A model generated the notes under the pieces. The model saw nothing but the letters and a program-made list of their open reading frames with translations. It ran no database searches and was not told the DNA's origin. Below are positions 47,374 through 57,166 of a stretch of DNA of 64,000 nucleotides, in pieces (position 1 is the first letter of the stretch; each line of letters begins with the position of its first letter). Position numbers and translations under genes: made by a program. The stretch comes from Candidatus Parvarchaeota archaeon (lineage in GTDB: Archaea; Nanobdellota; Nanobdellia; JAAOXT01), in assembly GCA_017609605.1 (NCBI GenBank), contig JAFCDO010000003.1, positions 24,470 to 88,469 on the forward strand, read 5' to 3'.

Positions 47374-48162
47374 TTATTTTCTTCTCAGAACTTTTCTGAG
47401 AAACTTTCTGAGCCTTCTTCTAACCCCTACAGGGCTTTCAATAATATCGTATTCTTTGCCAACTAGTTTTGCAGCAATCTTTTTTATCGCGATGCTAGCA
47501 TCGCTGTGAGGGTATGAGAGCAGTAAAGGAACATTTTTTCTTAACGCTTTTTGCATGTTCTTGTCTTCCGGAATCACTCCAAATACAGGTGCTTCTAAGA
47601 ATTGTTCTATGTCTCGCGGGTGGAGTTCTTCTTTAACGTTTTTCACCCTGTTCACGACCACTCCAATGATTTTAGTGCCAGCTTCTTTTGCTATTTCAAC
47701 GGTTTTCAAAGCGTCTGTCAATGCGGGCATTTCAGGGATGGTAAGCACAAGTAATTCGTCTCCTGCTTCAATAGCTCTTCTCGTAATGTCGGTTAGCCCT
47801 GCGGGAGAGTCGATGATGATGTTGTCAACTGCGCCGATCAGGTCTAGAATGACTTTTTCCAGTTTCTTCGCGTAATGCGATTTCAAATCTTTTAACGATA
47901 GTCCTGCTGGAATGACTTTTAGCCCGCTTGGAGGGTGGAAGTAAACGACTTCTTTGATGTCTGATTCTCCTCTCAGCACGCTATGTAAAGTCTTGTTTGG
48001 AGTTGGCATTCCTAATTGTAAGGCTATGTTGGGTGTTGTGAGATTAGCATCTATTATGAGTGTGTCTTCGCCCAACCAGGTCAACGCGGCGGCAAGATTA
48101 ATGGTTAGAGTTGTTTTTCCAACACCTCCTTTGCCTGAAGCAAGAACTATGATTCTTGTCAT
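47374..48162 (-). CDS. minD: MinD-family ATPase
   Basis: SGKGGVGKTT deviant Walker A; IIDSPAG; basic amphipathic C-terminus. Confidence 0.9.
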   Translation of the reverse strand: MTRIIVLASGKGGVGKTTLTINLAAALTWLGEDTLIIDANLTTPNIALQLGMPTPNKTLHSVLRGESDIKEVVYFHPPSGLKVIPAGLSLKDLKSHYAKKLEKVILDLIGAVDNIIIDSPAGLTDITRRAIEAGDELLVLTIPEMPALTDALKTVEIAKEAGTKIIGVVVNRVKNVKEELHPRDIEQFLEAPVFGVIPEDKNMQKALRKNVPLLLSYPHSDASIAIKKIAAKLVGKEYDIIESPVGVRRRLRKFLRKVLRRK

Positions 48163-48224
48163 AACTGAAACATGAGCAAGCAGGATTAATTAAGATTTTG
48201 GTTTTTCGAAAAGTTGGGGAAGAA

Positions 48225-48245
48225 GGAAGCCCCCGAAGGGGCTCC
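48225..48245 (-). terminator. GC-rich cUUCGg hairpin downstream of ftsZ2
   Basis: Minus strand GGAGCCCC-TTCG-GGGGCTTCC followed by a pyrimidine tract. Confidence 0.6.
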
Positions 48246-48274
48246 TAAAAGGTTTGGGGGTGCGTTTACTTTTT

Positions 48275-49348
48275 TTACAGCATTCTTATTCCTAGTTCTT
48301 CCGAAACTTGCGACCGCATTACGTGGTCTTGTTTCGCTGTCTTAGTTGGTCCCAGAATAAACGGGGAGGTTACTCCAGTAACTATTGTCATTACTCGCAA
48401 TTTGCCTGACATGTTGTCAAGAATTCTTGCTCCCCATATTACCTGAGCATCAGGGTCCAAGGACGCCGTGACCATCTCACCTATTTGATTAACTTCTTCC
48501 AAGGTCAAGTCTGGCCCGCCACATATGTGTATGAGCGCTCCAGTAGAACCTTCGTAGCTAACGTCCAATAATGGGTTCATTAAGGCTTTGTTAACAGCTT
48601 CTTTGACGCGTCCTTCAGTGTCGCTTTCGCCTACACCTATCACTGATACGTCACCTCCATTCATTATCGCTTTAACGTCAGCGAAATCTAAGTTAACCAG
48701 AGAGGGTATGGCAATGGTCTCGACAATTCCTTTAATCATCGTTGCGACCAACTCATTCGCAACAGCGAACGCTTGCGCAATCGGAAGACTTCCAGCAAAG
48801 TCAACCAGTCTGTTGTTGTCTATGACTATCACTGTGTCGGAAACTTGTCTCAGTTGTTTTAAACCCCATTCTGCTTTATCTATTCGGGCCTTTTCTATCT
48901 TAAAAGGCATCGTGACAACACCTATCACTATAGCGCCCATTTCTTTGGCGATTTTTGCGATAGGCGCTGCTGCACCTGTACCAGTCCCGCCTCCCATGCC
49001 AGCGCATAGGAAGAGCATGTCGCAATTCTTCAAAGCGTCTTTAAGCTCTTGGGATGATTCTCTTGCAGCTTCTTCACCTTTTTGCGGATAACCGCCAGCC
49101 CCTAGTCCACGCGTGACATCTTTGCCGATTAATATTTTGATGTCTGCTTCTCTCGCATCTAAGTGCTGTTTATCAGTGTTAGCTGAAATAATCTCTGCTC
49201 CCCGGACGCCTTTTCTGTACAACCAGTCGGCCATATTATTGCCTGCACCTCCTACTCCTATAACTTTTATGTTGGCTTGGCCTAGCAGGCCTTCTTCCCA
49301 GTTTATTTCGTTTGTGTTTTTTAACGCGTTTTGCACGATGAAATCCAT
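48275..49348 (-). CDS. ftsZ: Cell division protein FtsZ (FtsZ2)
   Basis: GMGGGTGTG, PSLVNLDFAD. Confidence 0.96.
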   Translation of the reverse strand: MDFIVQNALKNTNEINWEEGLLGQANIKVIGVGGAGNNMADWLYRKGVRGAEIISANTDKQHLDAREADIKILIGKDVTRGLGAGGYPQKGEEAARESSQELKDALKNCDMLFLCAGMGGGTGTGAAAPIAKIAKEMGAIVIGVVTMPFKIEKARIDKAEWGLKQLRQVSDTVIVIDNNRLVDFAGSLPIAQAFAVANELVATMIKGIVETIAIPSLVNLDFADVKAIMNGGDVSVIGVGESDTEGRVKEAVNKALMNPLLDVSYEGSTGALIHICGGPDLTLEEVNQIGEMVTASLDPDAQVIWGARILDNMSGKLRVMTIVTGVTSPFILGPTKTAKQDHVMRSQVSEELGIRML

Positions 49349-49503
49349 TTTCGCTATGTTTCCCCCGAAATGTTTATATACATCTACATCTCTTTAGTTC
49401 TTTGTTATTCGAGAGTCCTAACAGAAGGATATAAAGAATTACAACGCAAAAAAAGTTAAGTACGCGAGTATTTAAAAACAATTATATTCTAGATTATATA
49501 CTT

Positions 49504-49944
49504 TTATTTTGTCAAATAGTTTTCTTTACAATTGTTAAGAGAGATGAACGTTTCCGTCCTTTCAACTTCTTCAGCGAAGTTCAGTATTTTAAGAAAATGG
49601 TTGAGAGCCGTCTTGTTTTTGAACTTAGCAATAATTATTAAATCAAATCCCCCTGTAACTTCATAAATTGCTAAAACATTTGAGTTTCCGCTTAATTTGC
49701 GCGCTAGAGGGTCTGAGCGACCCTTTTTTATTTTGATTCCGACGATAGTTGTTAGGGTGAATCCTAGTTTATCCAAATCAAGAATTGGGACGTAACCTTT
49801 GATAATGCCCGATTTCTCAAGCTCTTTTACTTTCTTGGAAATTGTTCCAACGGCAAGTCCTAAGGTTTTAGCAATATCTCTATAAGATTTTCTAGCGTCC
49901 TTTTTTAACTCTTCTAAAAGCTCGTCTTCAACCCGTTTAGCCAT
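49504..49944 (-). CDS. Lrp/AsnC family transcriptional regulator
   Basis: DARKSYRDIAKTLGL wHTH; YEVTGGFD RAM domain. Confidence 0.93.
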   Translation of the reverse strand: MAKRVEDELLEELKKDARKSYRDIAKTLGLAVGTISKKVKELEKSGIIKGYVPILDLDKLGFTLTTIVGIKIKKGRSDPLARKLSGNSNVLAIYEVTGGFDLIIIAKFKNKTALNHFLKILNFAEEVERTETFISLNNCKENYLTK

Positions 49945-49948
49945 TGCA

Positions 49949-50066
49949 TGAACATTTGTTCAATTTTAATTTATAAACCTTATCATTTGGTTAAAACAGG
50001 GTTTTTTTGGTTGTCGGATTCAGGAAAATGGAATGTTCAGAAAAAACAGTTTTTGATGAACAAATG
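49949..50066. promoter_or_regulatory. Putative Lrp operator sites between lrp and gatD
   Basis: Palindrome TGAACA-TT-TGTTCA at 49949-49962; half-sites TGTTCA at 50034-50039 and TGAACAAATG at 50057-50066. Confidence 0.55.
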
Positions 50067-50113
50067 GGTTTCGAGATAATATTTATTAAGATTGCAGGCT
50101 TACAATTGATTTG

Positions 50114-51460
50114 ATGACTTATATTGAAAAGATTAAGAATTTTTCTGGTAAAAATATTCGAGTTTTAGATAAAGTAAGGGTTATCACGAAAAAAGAAGAA
50201 GGGTTTGAGGGAATACTCATCCCCAATTCTGAAGAAGATGGTTTGGTCTTGAAGTTAAGTAATGGGTATAATCGTTTTGTTGAATTTAAGAACGTGAAGA
50301 AAATAGAGTTTATTAGTCGCGGGGAAAAGATTGCTTCCATACCTTCAATTAAAATAACGAGGAAGAAAGGTTTGCCAAACGTGGTTTTGATAGCTACTGG
50401 TGGGACAATAGGAACGCACGTGGATTATAAGACTGGAGGAGTTTTCATGTGCAGAACCCCTGAGCAGATAATTGCTACAGTTCCGAGGATAAGGAAAGTA
50501 GTGAACATTGTTAGAATGTTAAGTCCTTTTACCATTGCGAGCGAAGACATGGCTCCTGAGCAGTGGCAGGAAATAGCTGGCATGGTTGCCAGAGAAGTCA
50601 ACAAGAAGAGTGTTGATGGAGTGATAATAACAGTGGGAACGGATACAATGCATTATCTTTCTGCAGCTATTTCTTTCTCACTTCAAAAACTTTCAAAACC
50701 CGTTGCAGTCGTAGGAGCTCAACGCTCCCCTGATAGAGGGTCTTTTGACGGCAGCATGAACCTTTTGTGCGCGGCTCATTACTGCAAATCCAAAATAGCT
50801 GAAGTGGCGACCATAATGCACGGTTCAAGCGAGGATGACTACTGTTTGGCCATACGCGGAACAAAAGTAAGGAAAATGCATTCCTCTCGCAGAGACGCTT
50901 TCAGACCAATAAACGATTTACCTTTAGCAAAAGTATGGCCTAATGGCAGGCTAGAAATATTGAATCAGCGTTATACGAGAAGGTCTGGTTCAAAAACCAT
51001 TCTTAAAACAGGTTTTTCTAAAGTGGGTTTGATAAAAGTTTTTCCAGGAAGCAACCCTGAAATAATGGATTGGTATATAAAAAAGGGTTATAAAGGGATT
51101 ATCATTGAAGGCACGGGGTTAGGTCACGTGCCAACAGGCGAGAGCTCGGATAAAACAAAATCCTTTGACAAAAAACTTTCTTGGCTTCCATGGGTTAAAA
51201 AAGCCGTTAAAAAAGGTGTGGTGGTCGCGATTACAACGCAAACGATTTATGGCAGGGTCAACCCTTACGTTTACAGAAATCTTCGCTTACTGAACAGGGC
51301 AGGAGCAGTTTTTTGTGAAGACATGCATTCCGAAACAGCCCTGGTTAAACTGGCTTGGCTTCTAGCAAATCATGAACCAAGTCAAGCGAAAGAATTAATT
51401 AAAAAAAATTTTGCGGGTGAAATCAGTGAAGCAACCATTAACAAGGCGTTCCTTTACTAA
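50114..51460 (+). CDS. gatD: Glu-tRNA(Gln) amidotransferase subunit D
   Basis: KLSNGYN N-domain, TGGTI, GTDTM, GAQRSPDR, KMHSSRRDAF. Confidence 0.95.
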   Translation: MTYIEKIKNFSGKNIRVLDKVRVITKKEEGFEGILIPNSEEDGLVLKLSNGYNRFVEFKNVKKIEFISRGEKIASIPSIKITRKKGLPNVVLIATGGTIGTHVDYKTGGVFMCRTPEQIIATVPRIRKVVNIVRMLSPFTIASEDMAPEQWQEIAGMVAREVNKKSVDGVIITVGTDTMHYLSAAISFSLQKLSKPVAVVGAQRSPDRGSFDGSMNLLCAAHYCKSKIAEVATIMHGSSEDDYCLAIRGTKVRKMHSSRRDAFRPINDLPLAKVWPNGRLEILNQRYTRRSGSKTILKTGFSKVGLIKVFPGSNPEIMDWYIKKGYKGIIIEGTGLGHVPTGESSDKTKSFDKKLSWLPWVKKAVKKGVVVAITTQTIYGRVNPYVYRNLRLLNRAGAVFCEDMHSETALVKLAWLLANHEPSQAKELIKKNFAGEISEATINKAFLY

Positions 51461-51469
51461 TCAAAAAAA

Positions 51470-53278
51470 ATGAATTACGAAAAACTGGGTTTTAAATGCG
51501 GTTTAGAAATACACGCTCAATTGGACACGAGCAAGCTTTTCTGTTCTTGCCCATCAATGCTCCGCAAAGAAGACTCTGACTTCAGGGTTGAAAGAAAGCT
51601 TAGAGCAGTTATTGGAGAAACAGGTAAAAAAGACGTGGCGACCAAGCTTGAAGAGGTTAAAGACAAGACATTTGTTTATGAGGGGTACGATGACACCACT
51701 TGTTTGGTTGAGATGGATTCCGAGCCGCCTCACATGATGTGCAAAGAAGCCTTGATGGTGAGCGTTCAAGTTGCCAGGCTCCTGAACATGAACGTTTTAA
51801 AAAAAGTTTTAGTGATGAGAAAGACGGTTGTTGACGGGTCTAACACTTCAGGGTTTCAAAGAACCGCGCTGATCGCGGAGGACGGGTTCGTTGACACGTC
51901 CTTCGGAAGGGTCAGGGTGGACATGCTCTCCCTTGAGGAGGACGCGGCGAGAAAAATCAAGGAAGAAAAAGACAAGATTTTTTACAGGATTGACAGGTTG
52001 GGAATCCCACTTATCGAGCTTAGAACAGAGCCAGACATCAAGAACCCTTTTCACGCGGTTGAAACAGCAAAAAAGCTTGGCACAACTCTCTGGATGACCA
52101 GTCACGTAAAACGAGGATTAGGGTCTATTCGACAGGACGTTAACGTTTCCATAAAAGGAGGAACAAGGGTTGAGATAAAAGGGGTTCAAGACCTTAAATT
52201 AATGCCAAAAATCATTGAGAACGAAGTATTGAGACAAAAAAATATAATCTTAATTTCTAAAGAATTAAGAAAGAAATCAGGCCCTAAACGTCTTAAAAAA
52301 GATTTTAAAAATGTTTCAAAGATTTTCGAGAAGTCTAAGAGCTTTTTGAAAGGAAAAAACGTGTTAGGAGTTTGTTTGAAAGGCTTTAAAGGTTTTATCT
52401 CTCGAGAAATCCTTCCAAATCGCAGGATTGGGACGGAGATAGCTGATATTGCTAAGATGGTAGGTCTTAAAGGAATTCTTCATTCAGACGAGCTTCCGGC
52501 TTACAAGGTTTCTGCAAGGGAAGTGGGTGGAGTAAATAAGGCTTTGTTTTGCGGTAAGAGCGACGCGTTCATAATAGTTGCTGGAGAGATAGGAAAGTGT
52601 TATCAGACTCTTGAGTTGGGAGTGGATAGGCTTAAACAATTTTTTAAAGGAGTTCCTAAAGATGTTCGCGCCGCCCGACTTGATGGCACCACTGCTTTCT
52701 TGAGGCCAATGCCAGGGTCTGCCAGAATGTACCCTGAAACAGACCTGCCAATCGTAGAAATAAGTGACGAGTTACTTAGAGTGGAGCGGGTGGAGACCCC
52801 TGAACAAAAATTTGATAAGTTCGTGAACATGGGTTTGGGCGAGGAACTGGCCAATCAAGTTATCAATTCCAGAAAACTGAAAGATTTTGAACAATTACTT
52901 GTCACGTACAAAAAGATTAAGCCAACAGAGTTAGCAAAAATGTTTTTCGGAGCGAAAACAGAGTTGAAAAAAAAAGGAATCACTAAATTAACTATAAAGA
53001 ATTTTTCAGAATTGTTCGGACTAATAAATAAGGGTGTTCTGTCAAAAGACTCTTATGTGGAAGCTTTGACAATGCTTTCTAAAGGACGTTCTCGAAAAAG
53101 TGTTGAGAAAAAATTTGGGGTTATGAGTGAAGACGAGCTCGAAAAACTGGTTAAAAAAGTTTTGAAAAAAAATGGAAGCGCTTCGTTCGGAGCGTTAATG
53201 GGTTTAGTGAGGGGTGAAGCGAAAGGAAGGGCTGACGGAAAAATGGTTTTCAAAATGATTCAACAATTAAAAAAATGA
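51470..53278 (+). CDS. gatE: Glu-tRNA(Gln) amidotransferase subunit E
   Basis: GLEIHAQL, DGSNTSGFQRT, LEEDAAR, RMYPETD. Confidence 0.96.
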   Translation: MNYEKLGFKCGLEIHAQLDTSKLFCSCPSMLRKEDSDFRVERKLRAVIGETGKKDVATKLEEVKDKTFVYEGYDDTTCLVEMDSEPPHMMCKEALMVSVQVARLLNMNVLKKVLVMRKTVVDGSNTSGFQRTALIAEDGFVDTSFGRVRVDMLSLEEDAARKIKEEKDKIFYRIDRLGIPLIELRTEPDIKNPFHAVETAKKLGTTLWMTSHVKRGLGSIRQDVNVSIKGGTRVEIKGVQDLKLMPKIIENEVLRQKNIILISKELRKKSGPKRLKKDFKNVSKIFEKSKSFLKGKNVLGVCLKGFKGFISREILPNRRIGTEIADIAKMVGLKGILHSDELPAYKVSAREVGGVNKALFCGKSDAFIIVAGEIGKCYQTLELGVDRLKQFFKGVPKDVRAARLDGTTAFLRPMPGSARMYPETDLPIVEISDELLRVERVETPEQKFDKFVNMGLGEELANQVINSRKLKDFEQLLVTYKKIKPTELAKMFFGAKTELKKKGITKLTIKNFSELFGLINKGVLSKDSYVEALTMLSKGRSRKSVEKKFGVMSEDELEKLVKKVLKKNGSASFGALMGLVRGEAKGRADGKMVFKMIQQLKK

Positions 53279-53565
53279 CTCAAATACCTTATGAAATAGT
53301 ATTCCCTTTAATAGGAGGAATAGGTTTTTTGTTCATGTTTTACCTTGGTTACTTATTCACCAAGTTTTTCGCTAAAACAAGACCCAAAAAGTACAATATT
53401 TTATGGCTGGTGCTTTTGATTTATTCAATACTGATATTGGGCTTGTTGTTTCCAATGACTAAAATAATATCTCAGTTTGCTTACGTACTGGTTTACGCGC
53501 CTTTTTTGATGCTGGTGTTTACAATATACTTCTTATACAAGTTTATGAAAAGCGTTGATAGATGA
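53275..53565 (+). CDS. Small integral membrane protein
   Basis: Three hydrophobic segments; ATGA overlaps on both sides. Confidence 0.7.
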   Translation: MTQIPYEIVFPLIGGIGFLFMFYLGYLFTKFFAKTRPKKYNILWLVLLIYSILILGLLFPMTKIISQFAYVLVYAPFLMLVFTIYFLYKFMKSVDR

Positions 53566-54164
53566 AGAAAAAAAAATTAGCCATAACCCTGTCCTTGTTG
53601 AAAGGTTTTCGCAAGCCAAAAGCAAGGTTAGAACAATATATGATTCCGGGAGGATTAGCTGCAGAAGTGTTATGGCTCATCAAGAGCGAGCTCGCTGGTA
53701 AGAAGGTTCTTGATTTGGGCAGCGGGACCGGCGTGCTCGCGATCGGCGCTTCCTTGCTCGGAGCTAAGAAAGTCGTGTCAGTTGAGGTTGACGAGCAAGC
53801 TGTTCAAACCCAAAGAGAAAACTTGGAAGACCTAAGTTTAAGGAATGTTGAAATATTTTGTTCGGACGTGAAGGATTTTGACCTTCCAAGGATTGATTTG
53901 GTGGTGATGAACCCTCCTTTCGGGGTTCAGAGAAAGCACGCTGACCAGCCCTTCCTGAAAAAAGCGTTTGCAACAATGAAAAAGGTTTACGTTATTCAGA
54001 AGCTGGAAAGCCAAGGTTTTCTCGAAGCGGTCAGCAGGAACAACGGTTACTCGTGCAAGTTAATAAAAGAATTTGAGTATCCTCTAAGAAGCTCGCAACC
54101 ATTTCATAAGAAGAAGGTTCACAAGTTCGGTGCAGGGCTGTTCTTGCTAGACCCAACAGGATAA
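53562..54164 (+). CDS. METTL5-family RNA adenine methyltransferase
   Basis: LEQY, DLGSGTG, MNPPFG. Confidence 0.9.
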   Translation: MKKKKLAITLSLLKGFRKPKARLEQYMIPGGLAAEVLWLIKSELAGKKVLDLGSGTGVLAIGASLLGAKKVVSVEVDEQAVQTQRENLEDLSLRNVEIFCSDVKDFDLPRIDLVVMNPPFGVQRKHADQPFLKKAFATMKKVYVIQKLESQGFLEAVSRNNGYSCKLIKEFEYPLRSSQPFHKKKVHKFGAGLFLLDPTG

Positions 54165-54246
54165 AGATTATCTCTCCCTTTTCTTTGACAAATCTTTGCT
54201 TTCACCGCAATCTTTTTAACCCTCGGACAAAAAAAGTTGTTTAGAC

Positions 54247-56784
54247 ATGAGTGAAGATAAGGATTACTTATTGCTTGTTTTATCACTAGTTTTTCTTACA
54301 GTCACTGCAGGAGTTTACTCCATCTCATTGTTTTACACGCTGCTGCCCTGCTTCCTAATACTTCACTTTTACAAGAAAGACTTGTCAATTCTTGAAAAGT
54401 TCTTGTTTTCAGTGCCTTTATCCGCGGTCATGATTTACTGGCCCTACTTTGTTTTGACCAGAGGTTTTCAAATAGTCTTAAAAAGTTATTTCCTATTCGA
54501 GCCTGCCTTGCTGTCAGGGATTATCTTATTATTAAATTTGGAGCAGGTTAAAAAATTCAAGTTTAAATTACCAAGCATTAACGTCAAACCATCGTTTCTT
54601 CTCATAACAGCTTTGTTTTTTGCCGGTTTTTTCGCTGTCCATTTTCCTTTCCTGACTGCGAACGCTAATCCAATGACCCTTGGCGCTAAATGGGTTTACG
54701 AAACTCATGAACTCGTGCTTAGCGTATTGAACGGAGAATTCATTGGTTGGAGCACGAAATGGTACAGTGGGATGACCACGTTTTACTCTTACCCCCCGTT
54801 AAGCTATTTGATTCCTGCGGCGCAGTCAGCGGTAACAGCGTTAACTGCTTGGAAAAATTTGAACGTGAGTCTTTACGTGTTTTCACTTTTGTTCGGGTTA
54901 TCGTTGTACGCTTTTCTCAAGAATTTTAAAATCAGTGAAGAAATATCTCTCACGCTCGCGTTAGTTGGGGTTGTGCTTCCGATAACCGTGAAGGTTTCTG
55001 AGGTCACGAAAACCATAATGGACCAATTCTTTATCTGTTTGTTTTTGCTCGTCCTTTTGCGTTTTTTTAAAAAACCCAGGAAGAACGCATTCCTCCTGTC
55101 AATCACCTTGTTCGCGTGGTTCATGAATTATTATTTCAACGTTTACGTGTTAGTATTCCCTTTGCTCATTTCAATCTTTCTTTTCTTCAAAACTTTTGAG
55201 GACAAGAAAGGCGTGCTTTTTTGGGGTGCGCTGAGCGCAGGAATCGCGATCCTGTTGAGCATGGCTTGGATGCTGCCTTTTTTCTCTTGGCTGGATTACT
55301 TTCCTTTCAAGTATCAGGAAGGTGCTTGGATGAGCATAATGGATTCTCCCACAAAATTTTTTGAAATAGCTGCCAGTCATTTGGATCCTTCAAAAGTTGA
55401 GTACGATATTCCGAGCTTGACAGGTCTGAGCCCTCAGTTCTTTTATTTGGGTTTGGCCAGTGTGATAATCCTTTTTTTGGTGTCTAAGAAGAAGTTGAGC
55501 GAGCAGAATTTTCCTGGAATCCTGTCAATAATCCTGTTAGCTTACATTTTTTTGCAGTTCACCCCGTTCTGGAAGTTTATCCCAAAATATGACATATTGT
55601 TCGGTAGAGTGTACCAGTATTATTTGTTCATTCCTTTATTTGCTTTCAGCATTGGCAGGTTAGTGCAGGATTATTGGGAGAGTCAAGGCGCGCTCAAACA
55701 AGCGATTTTCATAACATTATTTTTAATATTGTTTTCTAACGTGTTCATGTTTTCGTATAACTTGTCAAGGTCTTTCATCGCCGAGTCAGCCATGACGGAT
55801 AGAACCGAGTTCGAACTTCTTTACAACACTCTTGATCAGTACCCTGAAGGCAGGTTCGTCGTGTTCGGAATTTTTGGGCCTGGCATAATCCCTGGAATCA
55901 CTTTTTGGACGGGTAAACCCGCGTTCGCGGGATATGGTTTCGAATCTCACTGCACGCTAAGGGTTTACGAGAACACTATCCTGCCAGTCCAGCAGGCGAG
56001 CAACGACTTTTTGAAACCAAATAACGGGCACTTGGCTTACAACCTTTTCAAAAAAGCAGGGGTTGACATAGTAATCAGTAACGTGTGCTCGCCAATCGGT
56101 CTAGCTTCTTACAAGGTTTTCTACTCTGATTACGTGAGGCAGGGTAATGAGACTTGCGCTAAGGTTTTTCACATGAACGAGACATACTTGGTTGAAAAAC
56201 CTTACTTAACCAAAGTGTTCTCGCCAACAATTGACGGCGAATCCCTGCGAGAAGCAACCATTGAAGGAGTGTTGCAGAGAAAAGGGGGTTACAAGTTCGA
56301 CTTCCTTGTCAACGATTCCCTTCCACTGGAGGATTACGCGTTCGCGCTGAGCGACGGGGTCGTGGACATGGACTTAATGGGTTTTAATGGAACCCTGTTA
56401 TTCACTGGTTTGGAGGAAGACTTTGAAGGTGTTGATTACGCTGACAAGATTTATTTGGGAACAGGTGTTGAAAACTTTGAGGATGTTAACGCCACTCCAA
56501 GAGAAATGTTTTTTCAGGAGAAAAACGATTTATTCGTGGTTCGCAACGTTAAGCCCGGTGATTTAGTTCTTTTCAAGCAAGCTTTTTTCCCTAAATGGCG
56601 CGCTTACCAGTCTGGCAAGGAACTGCCGATTTTAGAAACTTATCAGGGTTACATGCTTGTCAAAGCCAGAACCATCGGAGTGATAACTTTCACGGTCGAA
56701 ACTCATTTCGTCGAGTTCTTGGGAGCACTGCTTTCACTGCTCGGTTTTGCGGGGGTGTTATTGCTTGCAAAAAATAGTTTTTGA
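54247..56784 (+). CDS. Large polytopic membrane protein (YfhO/GT-C glycosyltransferase-like)
   Basis: Many TM helices; WSTKWYSG...YPPLSY motif; FFPKWRAY...GYMLV C-terminal pattern. Confidence 0.7.
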   Translation: MSEDKDYLLLVLSLVFLTVTAGVYSISLFYTLLPCFLILHFYKKDLSILEKFLFSVPLSAVMIYWPYFVLTRGFQIVLKSYFLFEPALLSGIILLLNLEQVKKFKFKLPSINVKPSFLLITALFFAGFFAVHFPFLTANANPMTLGAKWVYETHELVLSVLNGEFIGWSTKWYSGMTTFYSYPPLSYLIPAAQSAVTALTAWKNLNVSLYVFSLLFGLSLYAFLKNFKISEEISLTLALVGVVLPITVKVSEVTKTIMDQFFICLFLLVLLRFFKKPRKNAFLLSITLFAWFMNYYFNVYVLVFPLLISIFLFFKTFEDKKGVLFWGALSAGIAILLSMAWMLPFFSWLDYFPFKYQEGAWMSIMDSPTKFFEIAASHLDPSKVEYDIPSLTGLSPQFFYLGLASVIILFLVSKKKLSEQNFPGILSIILLAYIFLQFTPFWKFIPKYDILFGRVYQYYLFIPLFAFSIGRLVQDYWESQGALKQAIFITLFLILFSNVFMFSYNLSRSFIAESAMTDRTEFELLYNTLDQYPEGRFVVFGIFGPGIIPGITFWTGKPAFAGYGFESHCTLRVYENTILPVQQASNDFLKPNNGHLAYNLFKKAGVDIVISNVCSPIGLASYKVFYSDYVRQGNETCAKVFHMNETYLVEKPYLTKVFSPTIDGESLREATIEGVLQRKGGYKFDFLVNDSLPLEDYAFALSDGVVDMDLMGFNGTLLFTGLEEDFEGVDYADKIYLGTGVENFEDVNATPREMFFQEKNDLFVVRNVKPGDLVLFKQAFFPKWRAYQSGKELPILETYQGYMLVKARTIGVITFTVETHFVEFLGALLSLLGFAGVLLLAKNSF

Positions 56785-57127
56785 CACAAACTTTCCATTA
56801 TTGCCGTTCACTCTTGGAGTGGACGTTTACTCCGAGATTCAGAGAATAGTGCAAGGCGAGTACAAAATCTTTTTTCCAGACTATTGTTTGGAAGAGCTGA
56901 AAAAAATCAAAGACTCTTCTGTTCCAGCGGCATTATCATTAATGTCCAAGAAAGGAGTGGGTGTAATGACCACTGGTTTGGTTGGGGACGCTGATCCGTT
57001 AATCTTGAAAATGGATAAACAGGATACGGTTGTTTGCACTTCGGATAAGAAGTTAAAACAAGAGCTTTTAAAAAAAGGTTTCAGAGTTATTTTTCCTCGA
57101 GGAAAGAAAAAGCTTGAATTAAGATAG
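56765..57127 (+). CDS. PIN-domain protein (Fcf1/Utp24-like)
   Basis: IVFDTNF, EEL, DAD, VCTSDKKLK; conserved position before rpoE1; TTG start assumed. Confidence 0.85.
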   Translation: MQKIVFDTNFPLLPFTLGVDVYSEIQRIVQGEYKIFFPDYCLEELKKIKDSSVPAALSLMSKKGVGVMTTGLVGDADPLILKMDKQDTVVCTSDKKLKQELLKKGFRVIFPRGKKKLELR

Positions 57128-57166
57128 CAAAGTTTTATAAATATTAATAACGAGTTTTTGGTAAAA

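Noticed and set aside
20355..53278. Inteins, tRNA introns or split aminoacyl-tRNA synthetases
   Set aside because: LeuRS, GlyRS, PheST, HisRS, ValRS and GatDE have ordinary lengths, and the three tRNAs are uninterrupted.
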